The notes: generated by a model not told the origin, from the letters alone. 64,000 nt of DNA from an uncultured Pseudomonadales bacterium (GCA_964437755.1 CAYTIA010000004.1:11687-75686), one strand, 5' to 3'; shown: positions 9,889-19,578, numbered from the stretch's first letter. Program-made: numbers and translations.

Positions 9889-10566
9889 ATGGATCCATTT
9901 AAATCAAACCATTCCAGCAATGGAAAAGCTCAGAGCGGACACCAGGTAAATCCATTCGCCAGAGCTTTAGCAGAAACAGAGCAGAGAAGTTCTCAAAGTG
10001 CTTCTAGTTTTGCTAACTCCAATGGTGAACTGCAAAACTCTCTAAATTCTTCTAATTCAAACTTATTGAATCCAGCTTTTTCTGGACAAGATAACTCGTT
10101 GTTTAATGGAGTCGATTACCAGAAACAAATGGAGCAACAACAGGAGGATTTAAAAAAGAAACAGATGCGAGAAAAGTTGCATCGCATGATTAATCCCGTA
10201 GAGCAAACTGATATCTTTTCTGCAAGAGAAGAGAAACGAAAAAAAGATATAAACAAAGTTAGAGAAGACTTAAAAGCTTTAGCTGAAGAAATAGCAATGT
10301 TTTATAAAGAGATAGACATTTCTTTAACCCAAGAAGTTGTTTCTCCTGGGCAATCTGGAGTTTATCATGAAAACTTTTTTGACAAGTTGCGTCAATTTAT
10401 TCAAATGATTCGACAAAGGGTTCGAAGTGCTAGAACTTGGGCGCAGCAAGCAAAAAGAAAACAGCAAAAGAAAAGACACAAATTTGGGCTCGACTTCTCA
10501 AATCAAGAGGCAAAATCGGCTCATGATATGATGCACCACGAGAGAAGTAACGCTTTTGGCGCTTAA
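9889..10566 (+). CDS. hypothetical protein, resembles the Microgenomates DUF5660 family
   Basis: Clean 225-aa ORF with its own promoter; coiled coil followed by PGQSGVYHENFF..ARTW; family name from recall only. Confidence 0.6.
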   Translation: MDPFKSNHSSNGKAQSGHQVNPFARALAETEQRSSQSASSFANSNGELQNSLNSSNSNLLNPAFSGQDNSLFNGVDYQKQMEQQQEDLKKKQMREKLHRMINPVEQTDIFSAREEKRKKDINKVREDLKALAEEIAMFYKEIDISLTQEVVSPGQSGVYHENFFDKLRQFIQMIRQRVRSARTWAQQAKRKQQKKRHKFGLDFSNQEAKSAHDMMHHERSNAFGA

Positions 10567-10600
10567 TTCTATAATTATTCAGGATAAATAAGCATAATCT

Positions 10601-10629
10601 TTGCACCAGAGGATAAAATCTTGTATACT
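10601..10629 (+). promoter_or_regulatory. sigma70-type promoter for tRNA-Val
   Basis: TTGCAC-17 bp-TATACT. Confidence 0.6.
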
Positions 10630-10673
10630 TGAACCTTCAGATTTTATTTTCTAAAATATTGATATCTGTGAGC

Positions 10674-10747
10674 GGGCAGTTAGCTCAGCTGGTTAGAGTG
10701 TCACGTTGACATCGTGAAGGTCACTGGTTCGAGTCCAGTACTGCCCA
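10674..10747 (+). tRNA. tRNA-Val(GAC)
   Basis: Acceptor GGGCAGT/ACTGCCC, anticodon arm TCACG-TTGACAT-CGTGA, T loop GGTTCGAGTCC; no CCA. Confidence 0.96.
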
Positions 10748-10759
10748 CACTTATTCACT

Positions 10760-10788
10760 TTGGAAAAAGTTTTCAGAAGTGATATAAT
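10760..10788 (+). promoter_or_regulatory. promoter of the infC-rpmI-rplT-pheST operon
   Basis: TTGGAA-17 bp-TATAAT with extended TG. Confidence 0.6.
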
Positions 10789-10831
10789 TCACGCTCGATT
10801 AAATTATTATTAATTATTAAATAAATAATCA

Positions 10832-11362
10832 GTGGCCAGATATAATCAGAAAAGAGAATACATAGTTGCTAACCACCAAATTAAGTTTCCCGAAGTGAGG
10901 GTGCTTGATGATCAGGGAGAAATGATTGGAGTGATGCAGCCAAGGAAAGCCCTAGAATTAGCTCAGGAACAACACAAAGATCTAGTTCTTGTAACCAGAG
11001 AAGCTAATCCACCAGTAACCAAAATTATTGAGCTTTCCAAGTTTAAGTATCAACAACAAAGAAAAGAGGCCAAAGCTAGAAAAAAGAACAGAGCTCAAGA
11101 CATTAAGGAAATTCGTTTTTCGATGTTTATGGGTGAAGGAGATGTTGAAATTAGAAAAAAAAGGATAAGAGAGTTTCTTGAGGAAGGGCATAAAGTAAGA
11201 TTAAGTTTACAGTTTAAAGGCAGACAGATAGCAAAAAAAGAGTTTGCTTATGAATTATTTAGTCAAGTAATTAACGAGATACAGGAAGCTGAAATTGGAA
11301 AAATAGAGATGGAGCCGAAAATTAATGGTAGAAAACTAATTGCTCAAGTAACACCAGTTTAA
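10832..11362 (+). CDS. infC: translation initiation factor IF-3
   Basis: NHQIKFPEVRVL, DLVLV..PPV, KEIRF, FKGRQ; upstream of rpmI-rplT; GTG start. Confidence 0.96.
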   Translation: MARYNQKREYIVANHQIKFPEVRVLDDQGEMIGVMQPRKALELAQEQHKDLVLVTREANPPVTKIIELSKFKYQQQRKEAKARKKNRAQDIKEIRFSMFMGEGDVEIRKKRIREFLEEGHKVRLSLQFKGRQIAKKEFAYELFSQVINEIQEAEIGKIEMEPKINGRKLIAQVTPV

Positions 11363-11387
11363 TCCGTAATAACAAAAAAAGAGAAAA

Positions 11388-11591
11388 ATGCAAAAAATAA
11401 AACAAAAAACCAGAAAAGGCGTAAAAAAACGTTTTAAAATTACAACAACTGGTAAAATCCTTAGAAGAATTCAAAATTCGAGGCATCATAGAAATAAAAA
11501 GAGCAGAAAAGCTATCAGAAACTACAGAAAATATGCTGAGGTTACCGGAACATACGCCAAGAAAATTAAAAAAATGTTAGGGATAGCTTAA
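11388..11591 (+). CDS. rpmI: 50S ribosomal protein L35
   Basis: KQKTRKGVKKRFKITTTGK; synteny. Confidence 0.95.
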   Translation: MQKIKQKTRKGVKKRFKITTTGKILRRIQNSRHHRNKKSRKAIRNYRKYAEVTGTYAKKIKKMLGIA

Positions 11592-11619
11592 AAGAAAAGT
11601 AAAAAAAATAAAGGCAAAT

Positions 11620-11973
11620 ATGGCAAGATCAAAAACAAGTACCGTCCGAAGAAAAAAACATAATAAAATTCTTAATTTAGCTAAAGGCTTTACTGGCGCC
11701 AATAATAGACTTTTTAAAAGAGCTCATGAGGCCGTTTTGCATGCTGGTCAGTATGCTTACGCTGGTAGAAAGCTCAGGAAAAGAGATATGCGAAGATTGT
11801 GGATAGTTCGTATCAACTCTGGCTTAACTGCTGCAGAATCAACTCTAAATTACTCTCGCTTTATAAAAGCCTTAGATGACAAAAAAATTGAACTTAACAG
11901 GAAGATGCTTTCTGATTTAGTAGTTAACGACATGGATGCTTTTAAAGAAATAGTAAATCAAGTAACCAAATAA
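11620..11973 (+). CDS. rplT: 50S ribosomal protein L20
   Basis: AKGF, YAYAGRK..KRDMRRLWIVRIN, LNRKMLSDL. Confidence 0.97.
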   Translation: MARSKTSTVRRKKHNKILNLAKGFTGANNRLFKRAHEAVLHAGQYAYAGRKLRKRDMRRLWIVRINSGLTAAESTLNYSRFIKALDDKKIELNRKMLSDLVVNDMDAFKEIVNQVTK

Positions 11974-11976
11974 AAA

Positions 11977-12036
11977 ATGATCTTTCAATATCAATTTACT
12001 AGCTTCTTCTTTTTTAACAACAAGAATTGGCGGTAA
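11977..12036 (+). CDS. Phe-rich leader peptide of pheST (PheM-like), MIFQYQFTSFFFFNNKNWR
   Basis: 19 codons, 6 Phe, four of them consecutive; starts 3 nt after the rplT stop; overlaps the antiterminator arm. Confidence 0.85.
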   Translation: MIFQYQFTSFFFFNNKNWR

Positions 12037-12071
12037 GTTGAGTTTACTTATAAAAACATCAACCCCGCCAA
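12027..12071 (+). promoter_or_regulatory. antiterminator hairpin of the pheST attenuator
   Basis: TTGGCGG (12027-33) pairs with CCGCCAA (12065-71); GTTGA (12037-41) pairs with TCAAC (12059-63); inner GTTT/AAAC. Confidence 0.78.
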
Positions 12072-12085
12072 GGCGGGGTTTTTTT
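12061..12085 (+). terminator. intrinsic terminator (attenuator) upstream of pheS
   Basis: AACCCCGC-caag-GCGGGGTT with T run 12079-12085. Confidence 0.92.
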
Positions 12086-12128
12086 ATTATTTTAATGATA
12101 AAATTAACCAATCAATAATCAAAACCAC

Positions 12129-13223
12129 ATGAAAAAAATGTCATCTCAATCTCATTCGCCAAAACTGCAAGCGCTTCTTGATGAAGCTGATCGGATTAAA
12201 AAACAGATTAGACAAGAAACGCTTAATCAAAAAGAGTTGGAAATAAGATACCTTGGAAAAAAAGGGTTGTTCGCTTCTTTGTCTAAGATGATGACGTCTA
12301 TTCCAGCACAAGAAAAACCTCAGGCTGGTAAGGTCATAAATCATCTGAAAAATGATTTACTCAATTATATCGAAGAACTATCTGATAAATCATTTGATCC
12401 TCTAGTAAAACAGGCTGAACTTGATTTAACAGTTCCTGGTATAAAACCAAATGTTGGTCACACTCATCCAATTTCACAAGCTATCGCAGAAATCACTAAC
12501 ATCTTTGAAAAAATTGGTTTTGTTCGCGTTCGCTATCCAGAGGTAGACTGGGATTGGTATGCATTTGGTAGCCTCAATATGCCTACCAATCACCCCGCGA
12601 GAGATGAGTGGGAAACATTTTTTATTAATCAACCCACTCACCCAAAAAAAGGAAGGGTCGTTTTAACTCCTCACACCTCCAATGGACAAGTTAGAGAGAT
12701 GGAGAGAGTAGGAAAACCACCTATTAGAATGATTAATATTGCTCGCTGTTATCGCAGACAACAAGATATTACCCACACCCAAATGTTCCATCAATTTGAA
12801 GGTTTGGTGATAGATAAAGATATCAACATCCAGCATCTTAAGGGCACTATTGACTATTTTGCGCGAGAATTTTACGGTCCAGATGCAAAAAGCCGTATTA
12901 GACCATTCCATTTTAAGTTTACCGAACCATCATTTGAGGTAGATTTTAGTTGTCATATTTGCGGTGGTACTGGATATCTAACCAATGAAAATTCTAAAGA
13001 AAAAACTAAGTGTAGGTTTTGCAAATCTGGATGGCACGAAGTTGGAGGAGCAGGGATGGTACATCCAAACGTACTCAAAGCTGGGGGCATTGATCCAGAA
13101 GAATATACAGGTTTTGCATTTGGTTGGGGGATAGAAAGAACATATACTCTAAAAGAGGGTCTAAATATTGATGATATTCGATTGCTTTACAGCTCAAAAT
13201 TAGATTTTCTAGAACAGTTTTAA
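12129..13223 (+). CDS. pheS: phenylalanine--tRNA ligase alpha subunit
   Basis: HPARDEWETF, THTQMFHQFEG, FKFTEPS, GAGMVHPNVL, GFAFGWGIER; CxxC...CxxC insert. Confidence 0.98.
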   Translation: MKKMSSQSHSPKLQALLDEADRIKKQIRQETLNQKELEIRYLGKKGLFASLSKMMTSIPAQEKPQAGKVINHLKNDLLNYIEELSDKSFDPLVKQAELDLTVPGIKPNVGHTHPISQAIAEITNIFEKIGFVRVRYPEVDWDWYAFGSLNMPTNHPARDEWETFFINQPTHPKKGRVVLTPHTSNGQVREMERVGKPPIRMINIARCYRRQQDITHTQMFHQFEGLVIDKDINIQHLKGTIDYFAREFYGPDAKSRIRPFHFKFTEPSFEVDFSCHICGGTGYLTNENSKEKTKCRFCKSGWHEVGGAGMVHPNVLKAGGIDPEEYTGFAFGWGIERTYTLKEGLNIDDIRLLYSSKLDFLEQF

Positions 13224-13251
13224 TTATTTAATAACATCTTTTACTTGAAAC

Positions 13252-15273
13252 ATGAACATTCTTATTCCCCACAAATGGCTTTTAGAGCATTTAAAAACAA
13301 AGGCTAAACCTTCTCAAATTCAAGAATACCTGTCACTTTCTGGTCCCAGCATTGAAAACATATCTGAGATTAATGGTGACAAAATTTATGATATTGAGAT
13401 CACTACCAATCGACCTGATTCACTCAGCGTAAGAGGTGTAGCTAGGGAGGCTGCAGTAATTTTATCCAGATACAAAATAAAATCAGAATTAATAGATTTA
13501 AAGTTAAAGAGTAACGATAAAATCGAAACAGAAGAATTAGAATTACCAACAATCAATAACGACCACACCTTCTGCCAAAGAATTATGTGTGTGGTTTTAG
13601 ATAAAGTTAAAAATAAAACAACTCCAAAATGGATGTCTGACCGCCTTGAACAAGCAGGTTTTCAGACTCATAATAGTATTATTGATATTACAAATTATGT
13701 TACGCATGATCTTGGCCATCCTTGTCATGCATTTGATTATGACAAGATCATGGAACTGGGCGGTGTTATTAATGTTCAAGAAGCAAAGCCAAATCAATCG
13801 TTTATTACTTTAGATGGGGAATCGAGAGAAACTATCGGCGGAGAAATAGTTTTCACAAATGATATAGGCACAATCATCGATTTACCAGCTATTATTGGTA
13901 CAGCAAATAGTAGCGTTGACGAAAACACAAAAAGAGTTTTGCTGTGGCTTGAGGATCTTGATTGCAAAAAAGTAAGATTTTCATCAATGGTTCATTCAAT
14001 TAGAACCATTGCAGCACAGTTAAATGAAAAAGAGTTAGATCCTTATCTTGGTGAAAAAACTATTGCCAAAGCTATCTCATTATTCCAGGAAATCACCAAC
14101 GCAAAAATTGCCAGCAAAATTTATGATGATTTTATTGAACCCTCAAAACTCAAATCAATTAAACTTTCTTACAAAAAAATCGCCAGCTACTTAGGCTTTG
14201 AGATTGAGATTAATCAAATAACTCAAGTACTAAATGAACTTGGATGTGAAGTAAAAGTAAATATTAAAACCAAAAACAATCAAGAAACAGTATTCATCGT
14301 AACCCCACCAAGTTTTCGCAGGGATTTAAAAATTCATGTGGATATTATCGAAGAAATAGCACGTATTTATGGATATCAAAATATTCCAAGCAAATTAATG
14401 GAGGGAGAGCTACCAGTTAATCCTCCCCAGAATACAAACTTCCAAATTGAAGAAAAAATAAGGCAATTTCTTGCACACATTGGCTGGCAGGAGCTTTACT
14501 CAATTTCATTAATAGGAGACGAGTTGATAAACCTAAGTGGTTTCAATCAAGACAAACACTTACAACTAAATAATCCTTTACTAACTGAAAATAAATATTT
14601 AAGAAGATCGCTTATTCCTTCATTGGTCGAAGCCGTTTCACAAAATCCTCAAGTAGAGAAGTTATCTATGTTTGAGTTAGCCGCTGTATACATTCCACAA
14701 AAAGGAGACCTTCCTCAAGAAAAAATGATGCTTGGCTTAGTCTCATCAAAATCATATAGAAAGGTTAGAGGAGATCTAGAATCACTTCTTGAACAATTAT
14801 ATATCCAAGCTATCCAAGTTAAAGAAGATAGTGAACAAGAAGAGAATTGTATTAACAATGCTCTTCAGCAAGGGACTATTTTAAACAAAGAAGGAACCGA
14901 AGTTTTGGGAAAGTTATTTGTTTTAAATGATCAGAAGATTGCCATTGAGCTTGAACTTAAAGCAATAATCTCTCTTGCAAAAAAACATACCACGTATCAA
15001 CAATTATTAACAACTTCTCCAATCATCGAGGACTTAACATTTTCTCTTTCTTTGGAAGATAGAGTGGGAAAGGTTCTTTCGGTTATTAAAAACTCAGATC
15101 CATTGATAAGAAATGTAGCGCTGATAGATAGTTATCAACAACGCTTTTCTTTTAGAATTACTTATCAACACTCAACAGAAAACTTAAGCAGTGAAGCAAT
15201 TGCTCCTGTTAGACAAAGGGTCGTTGAAATGGTAGAAAAACAAACTCAAGCAAAATTAGTTGGAAAAGTTTAG
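13252..15273 (+). CDS. pheT: phenylalanine--tRNA ligase beta subunit (short form)
   Basis: EITTNRPD, IDITNY, PPSFRRDL..DIIEEIARIYGY, NPL..LRRSL; the B2 OB domain is absent. Confidence 0.95.
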   Translation: MNILIPHKWLLEHLKTKAKPSQIQEYLSLSGPSIENISEINGDKIYDIEITTNRPDSLSVRGVAREAAVILSRYKIKSELIDLKLKSNDKIETEELELPTINNDHTFCQRIMCVVLDKVKNKTTPKWMSDRLEQAGFQTHNSIIDITNYVTHDLGHPCHAFDYDKIMELGGVINVQEAKPNQSFITLDGESRETIGGEIVFTNDIGTIIDLPAIIGTANSSVDENTKRVLLWLEDLDCKKVRFSSMVHSIRTIAAQLNEKELDPYLGEKTIAKAISLFQEITNAKIASKIYDDFIEPSKLKSIKLSYKKIASYLGFEIEINQITQVLNELGCEVKVNIKTKNNQETVFIVTPPSFRRDLKIHVDIIEEIARIYGYQNIPSKLMEGELPVNPPQNTNFQIEEKIRQFLAHIGWQELYSISLIGDELINLSGFNQDKHLQLNNPLLTENKYLRRSLIPSLVEAVSQNPQVEKLSMFELAAVYIPQKGDLPQEKMMLGLVSSKSYRKVRGDLESLLEQLYIQAIQVKEDSEQEENCINNALQQGTILNKEGTEVLGKLFVLNDQKIAIELELKAIISLAKKHTTYQQLLTTSPIIEDLTFSLSLEDRVGKVLSVIKNSDPLIRNVALIDSYQQRFSFRITYQHSTENLSSEAIAPVRQRVVEMVEKQTQAKLVGKV

Positions 15274-16654
15274 TAAGTTCGTTTTAAATAATCTTGAAAA
15301 ATATAAACTGATTTACAAAATAGTAACAAAAAAATCTGCCTCCATAAGCCAAGTGATTAAATACTCACAACCCACTCGAATTTTGTTACAAGCATTGGTT
15401 TTTTTATTGATTGTTTTTATCCCTTCAAACTTATTCTTAAATCTTTCTCCTGAGATGGCCTACGTAAGTGGGCTAAAAGTTGATTATTTAATTCCCAAAG
15501 TGTGGGCCTCAGAGATAATTATTTTAAACCTACTTTGGATATGGTTACTTCACGTAAATATCAAGAAAATAAATAAAGAAAAAATTAAAAAATTCACTGT
15601 CGATAATAAATTCACAATAATATTGTCATCTATCTTTCTAGTGAGACAGTTATTTACTCCAAGACCAATAAGCTCGATATTTTTTTTAATACAACTTTTA
15701 CTCAATCTTTTCTTTATATTTTTCTTAAAAAATCACAGATGGCTTTTTAAAAAACAGATTATCAATTGGGCAGTTTTTTGTAGCGCTACGACACAGTTTT
15801 GCTTAGCAATCTTTCAGTTTATAAATCAACGCGCTTTATTGGCATATCAACTGTTTGGAGAACCTCAGTTTGAGCCATATTTTAGAATGAGCAGACATCT
15901 ATTTAATGGCAAAGAAAAAATATTGTCTTATGGAAGCACAGCCCATCCGAATGTTTTAGCGGGATCTACAGTGATTTTTTGTTTAATTTTATTAATCAAA
16001 ATTACCAAAAAGCATACAAATTTTGACAAAATCCTGTGGATAATCAGCTTTATTTTCACCCTAATTTTATTGTATACAACTCAGTCTTTCTCAGCGTTAT
16101 TAACTCTTGTGATTGGCGGAGCAATAATTGTTGCGAATAATAACTCAGCTACTCCTTTTAATAAAAAAGTTTTTGACAAGTTTTTAATGTTGTTTTTATT
16201 GATCTCATTAATATGTTCTCCGATCACAATCTTTCAACTTTCAAAACTTTATCCTCAGGAGCCATCAATTATTCGCAGACACACGTTAAATATAACAGCT
16301 CTAAATATTTTTAAAAAAGAGTGGTTAGTTGGATCTGGATTAAATCAGTTCACTCTATACTTGGATAGCTTTTCTCATCAAGCCGAAGTTGTCCGATTTG
16401 TTCAGCCAGTCCATCACGTAGGACTTCTCTTGCTTGCAGAAACAGGAGTTGTAGGCTTACTGCTTTTTGCTCAGATTAAAAAACTGCTCAACAAATCTAG
16501 TAAAAAAACGCTTTTTCTTATTCTTAGCATTCTTGCCCCGCTTCTTGTACTAGACCATTATTTATTCACTTTACAAACAGGGCAACTACTATTCAGTCTT
16601 CTTTTTATTAGTCTTCTTGATCAACAGGAGAAGGCGAAGGCGCTGGAGAAGTAG
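15260..16654 (+). CDS. O-antigen ligase/oligosaccharyltransferase-like membrane protein
   Basis: Many TM segments, YGSTAHPNVLAG, GSGLNQF, QPVHHVGLLLLAETG, DHY; start codon (TTG) uncertain. Confidence 0.78.
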   Translation: MEKFSKFVLNNLEKYKLIYKIVTKKSASISQVIKYSQPTRILLQALVFLLIVFIPSNLFLNLSPEMAYVSGLKVDYLIPKVWASEIIILNLLWIWLLHVNIKKINKEKIKKFTVDNKFTIILSSIFLVRQLFTPRPISSIFFLIQLLLNLFFIFFLKNHRWLFKKQIINWAVFCSATTQFCLAIFQFINQRALLAYQLFGEPQFEPYFRMSRHLFNGKEKILSYGSTAHPNVLAGSTVIFCLILLIKITKKHTNFDKILWIISFIFTLILLYTTQSFSALLTLVIGGAIIVANNNSATPFNKKVFDKFLMLFLLISLICSPITIFQLSKLYPQEPSIIRRHTLNITALNIFKKEWLVGSGLNQFTLYLDSFSHQAEVVRFVQPVHHVGLLLLAETGVVGLLLFAQIKKLLNKSSKKTLFLILSILAPLLVLDHYLFTLQTGQLLFSLLFISLLDQQEKAKALEK

Positions 16655-19448
16655 TTATCGGCACTTCAGAAATAGTTGGCGCTGGCGTTGGCATCGGGGT
16701 TGGAGAGGGTCTATCAGTCGGAGTTGGCTCAACTTTTTTCCAAGGTTCACCTCCAGCACCAATGCGGGCCACATCACTTTTTGCTTCTTTCCCATCTCGA
16801 GAATAAGCAATAGCATAAATCTCAAATTGACCTGATCCAAGCCTAATTTTTCCCTCATATCTACTACTTTCTATCGTTTCACGCTTTTCCCCATTTACCC
16901 ACACTGTTATTTTTTCTATACCCCTATCACTTCCTGCTCGAACTTTTATTTCAACTTCTTTGTCTTTAAACTCTTCTTTGTCTTTTGGCTTTTCAAGTTT
17001 TACTGAAACATCATCTTGATCACCACAGTACTCAGTTGGCACACGATAGCGGGAGTCATCTTGGCCCTCTAGCCATTGATTAATGCCTTCTTGCCAACGA
17101 TTGACTCCATCTTCACTCAATGGATCTTCAACACTCAAATTAATCACTTCACGCTCTTCATAGTCCCTACTAGCAATCATTGCCTGAGTAGCCAACTTAT
17201 TTTCTCCTTTGCACACTTTAGCTTTATAGTGTATAGGATCCGGCAAAGCGGGAAGAGTGCCGCGAATGACATACTCCATTCTTGTTGGAAAATCACTGTG
17301 TGATGGATAACCTGACAAAGCATCAACCTCAACCTGCTCGACCTCATCGGGAACAGCAAACTCAGGAGTCTGATAGCCAGCATCCAAAGCAGCAAATATG
17401 GTCTTTCTCCAAATTGGAGAGGCTCCAGTTACACCTGAAGCAACTCTCAACATAGAGCTATTATCATTGTTTCCCACCCAAGTTCCAACAATCACTTCCT
17501 GACTCCAACCAATGGTCCAGTTATCAATCATGTCATTGGTGGTACCTGTTTTAACAGCAATTGGTCGACCAGTATTTAAGAGTGAGTTTGCACCAAATGC
17601 CGCTGTTCTAGCACTGTTATCAGACAGAATATTATTAATTAAAAAAGCCTCACCTTCAGACATCACTCTCTTTCCCTCAACCGGATGATGCTTAAAAATT
17701 GTTTTTCCATCTTTATCCTCAACTTGCAAAATTGAAACTGGTTCCACTTTAATACCGCCATTGGCAAAAGAGCTGTAGGCACTAACTAAATTGATTAATC
17801 TTACTTCACCACCACCTAAAGTTAGAGCTAATCCAAACCGCTTTAAGTTTTCTTCAGTTGGAGCTAAAGTGTCCAAACCAATATCTTCAGCTAAAACCAA
17901 GAAGTCTTCTACTCCAACCAACGCTAAAGCCTTAACAGCCGGGATATTAAGTGAATTCCCTAAAGAATTTCTGATATTGACTGGACCAGCAAATCCACCC
18001 GTATAGTTCCGAGGAGTATAGGGCTTTTCATTAGCATTGTGTCTAAAATCAGTTGGAGCATCAACCAAAACAGAGGCAGGAGTATAACCTTTTCGCAAAA
18101 GAGCTAAATAGGTAACAGGTTTAATTGATGATCCTGGTTGTCTTAAACCGCTTGTTACAACGTTAAATTGACCTCCGCGATCGGTATCAGAAAAGTCACG
18201 GCTACCAACCATAGCCAATATCTCTCCAGTACGAGGATCCATCATTAATGAAGCTCCGTTGGTAATGTGCAGGTCCTCAACTGCCTCAACTTCTTCAGTC
18301 ACAATCTGCTGAGCTTTCTCTTGAAGATCTAAATCAAGAGAGGTTATCACTTTTAAACCACCTCTTTCAACCATATCTTCGCCATACATTTCACTTAATT
18401 TTTCCTTAACATAAAAAACAAAGTGAGGAGCTTTAATTTCGAGGTTAGAGCGTTCAAACTGTAAATTAGGCAAATCAGTCATTGCCTGATCATACTCTTC
18501 ATCGCTGATATATTTTTCTCTTTTCATTCCATTTAAAACAGCCTGAGTTCTTAACTGCCACAAAGGAGTTCCCTCGCTATCTACTTGGCCACTAAAAGGA
18601 GAGTAAGCACTTGGACGTTGAGGCAAACCAGCTAAAAAAGCTGATTCAAGCAAAGTTAATTCCGCTACACCCTTGCTAAAATAAAGCTCAGCAGCAGATA
18701 CCACACCCCAGGCAGTACCTCCATAAGGTACTTCATTTAGATACATTTCTAAAATCTCGTCTTTAGTAAAGGTGCGCTCGATCTGAATAGCTAAAACCAA
18801 CTCCTTGAATTTTCTGGTAGCAGTCCTCTCATTACTTAAAAGAACGTTTTTGACTAACTGTTGAGTCAGGGTAGAGCCACCAACTACTCTTCTTCTAAAC
18901 AAAAAATTGTATGGAATTCTTAGAACTGTAGCTACATCAAAGCCAGAATGTTTATAAAAATCTTTATCCTCGATAGCAACTGTTGCCTTACGAAGATGTT
19001 CAGGAATTTGATCAATGCTCGTCGGGGTTCTTCTTTCATCTCCAAATAAGTCATAAAGCAAGTTATCATTGCGGTCATATATCTTAGTACTAAATCCATC
19101 TCTACGAACTATCTGTCCAGGCTGAGGAAGATCTCTTGAGAAGTAAGCAAACATAACAAAAAAACCAATAATTCCTAAAATCACCAATCCAAAAATACTA
19201 ATAGCCGCTAGCCTCAAGATCTTTATTTTTCGAAGCTGAACTTGAGCTTCAGATAAGCCAGAGTTTGATCTTTTTGCATACGAACCAGTTCTTCCAGCCA
19301 TTAATTTTCGCCAAGTACTTGACCGACGAGAACGAGCTTTACCAGAAAAAAGACCACTTAATCCAAAAAAGATTCTTTGAAAAAACTCATATGCCCAAAG
19401 AAGGGGAGAGGTTAATACTCTAAATAACTTTGAAAGATTGATTTCCAT
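16608..19448 (-). CDS. class A penicillin-binding protein (transglycosylase-transpeptidase) with C-terminal Ig-like domain and Pro/Thr tail
   Basis: EDKDFYKHSG, GGSTLTQQLVKN, RKFKE, QPGSSIKP (SxxK), SLN, KTGT. Confidence 0.95.
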   Translation of the reverse strand: MEINLSKLFRVLTSPLLWAYEFFQRIFFGLSGLFSGKARSRRSSTWRKLMAGRTGSYAKRSNSGLSEAQVQLRKIKILRLAAISIFGLVILGIIGFFVMFAYFSRDLPQPGQIVRRDGFSTKIYDRNDNLLYDLFGDERRTPTSIDQIPEHLRKATVAIEDKDFYKHSGFDVATVLRIPYNFLFRRRVVGGSTLTQQLVKNVLLSNERTATRKFKELVLAIQIERTFTKDEILEMYLNEVPYGGTAWGVVSAAELYFSKGVAELTLLESAFLAGLPQRPSAYSPFSGQVDSEGTPLWQLRTQAVLNGMKREKYISDEEYDQAMTDLPNLQFERSNLEIKAPHFVFYVKEKLSEMYGEDMVERGGLKVITSLDLDLQEKAQQIVTEEVEAVEDLHITNGASLMMDPRTGEILAMVGSRDFSDTDRGGQFNVVTSGLRQPGSSIKPVTYLALLRKGYTPASVLVDAPTDFRHNANEKPYTPRNYTGGFAGPVNIRNSLGNSLNIPAVKALALVGVEDFLVLAEDIGLDTLAPTEENLKRFGLALTLGGGEVRLINLVSAYSSFANGGIKVEPVSILQVEDKDGKTIFKHHPVEGKRVMSEGEAFLINNILSDNSARTAAFGANSLLNTGRPIAVKTGTTNDMIDNWTIGWSQEVIVGTWVGNNDNSSMLRVASGVTGASPIWRKTIFAALDAGYQTPEFAVPDEVEQVEVDALSGYPSHSDFPTRMEYVIRGTLPALPDPIHYKAKVCKGENKLATQAMIASRDYEEREVINLSVEDPLSEDGVNRWQEGINQWLEGQDDSRYRVPTEYCGDQDDVSVKLEKPKDKEEFKDKEVEIKVRAGSDRGIEKITVWVNGEKRETIESSRYEGKIRLGSGQFEIYAIAYSRDGKEAKSDVARIGAGGEPWKKVEPTPTDRPSPTPMPTPAPTISEVPITTSPAPSPSPVDQED

Positions 19449-19578
19449 AAGAGTCTCTATACTATGTTTTAAAAAAAATCATTGGTAACGATTTTAGATA
19501 TAGTTATTATTATAGCAACATTTGTTGTGTGTGATAGAATCTTGAGTACAAACTTTAAGATAGAATAAATATTTACAT

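Noticed and set aside
11917-12111. 64-aa minus-strand ORF over the rplT-pheS gap
   Set aside because: Better explained as the antisense of the Phe leader and attenuator
12945-13035. Zinc-finger-like insert in PheS as a novelty
   Set aside because: CxxC...CxxC at this position is common in PheS of many phyla
15480-15515. LIPKVWA|S in the ligase-like protein as a third internal cleavage motif
   Set aside because: Lies in a loop between TM helices of a polytopic protein, not at a domain boundary
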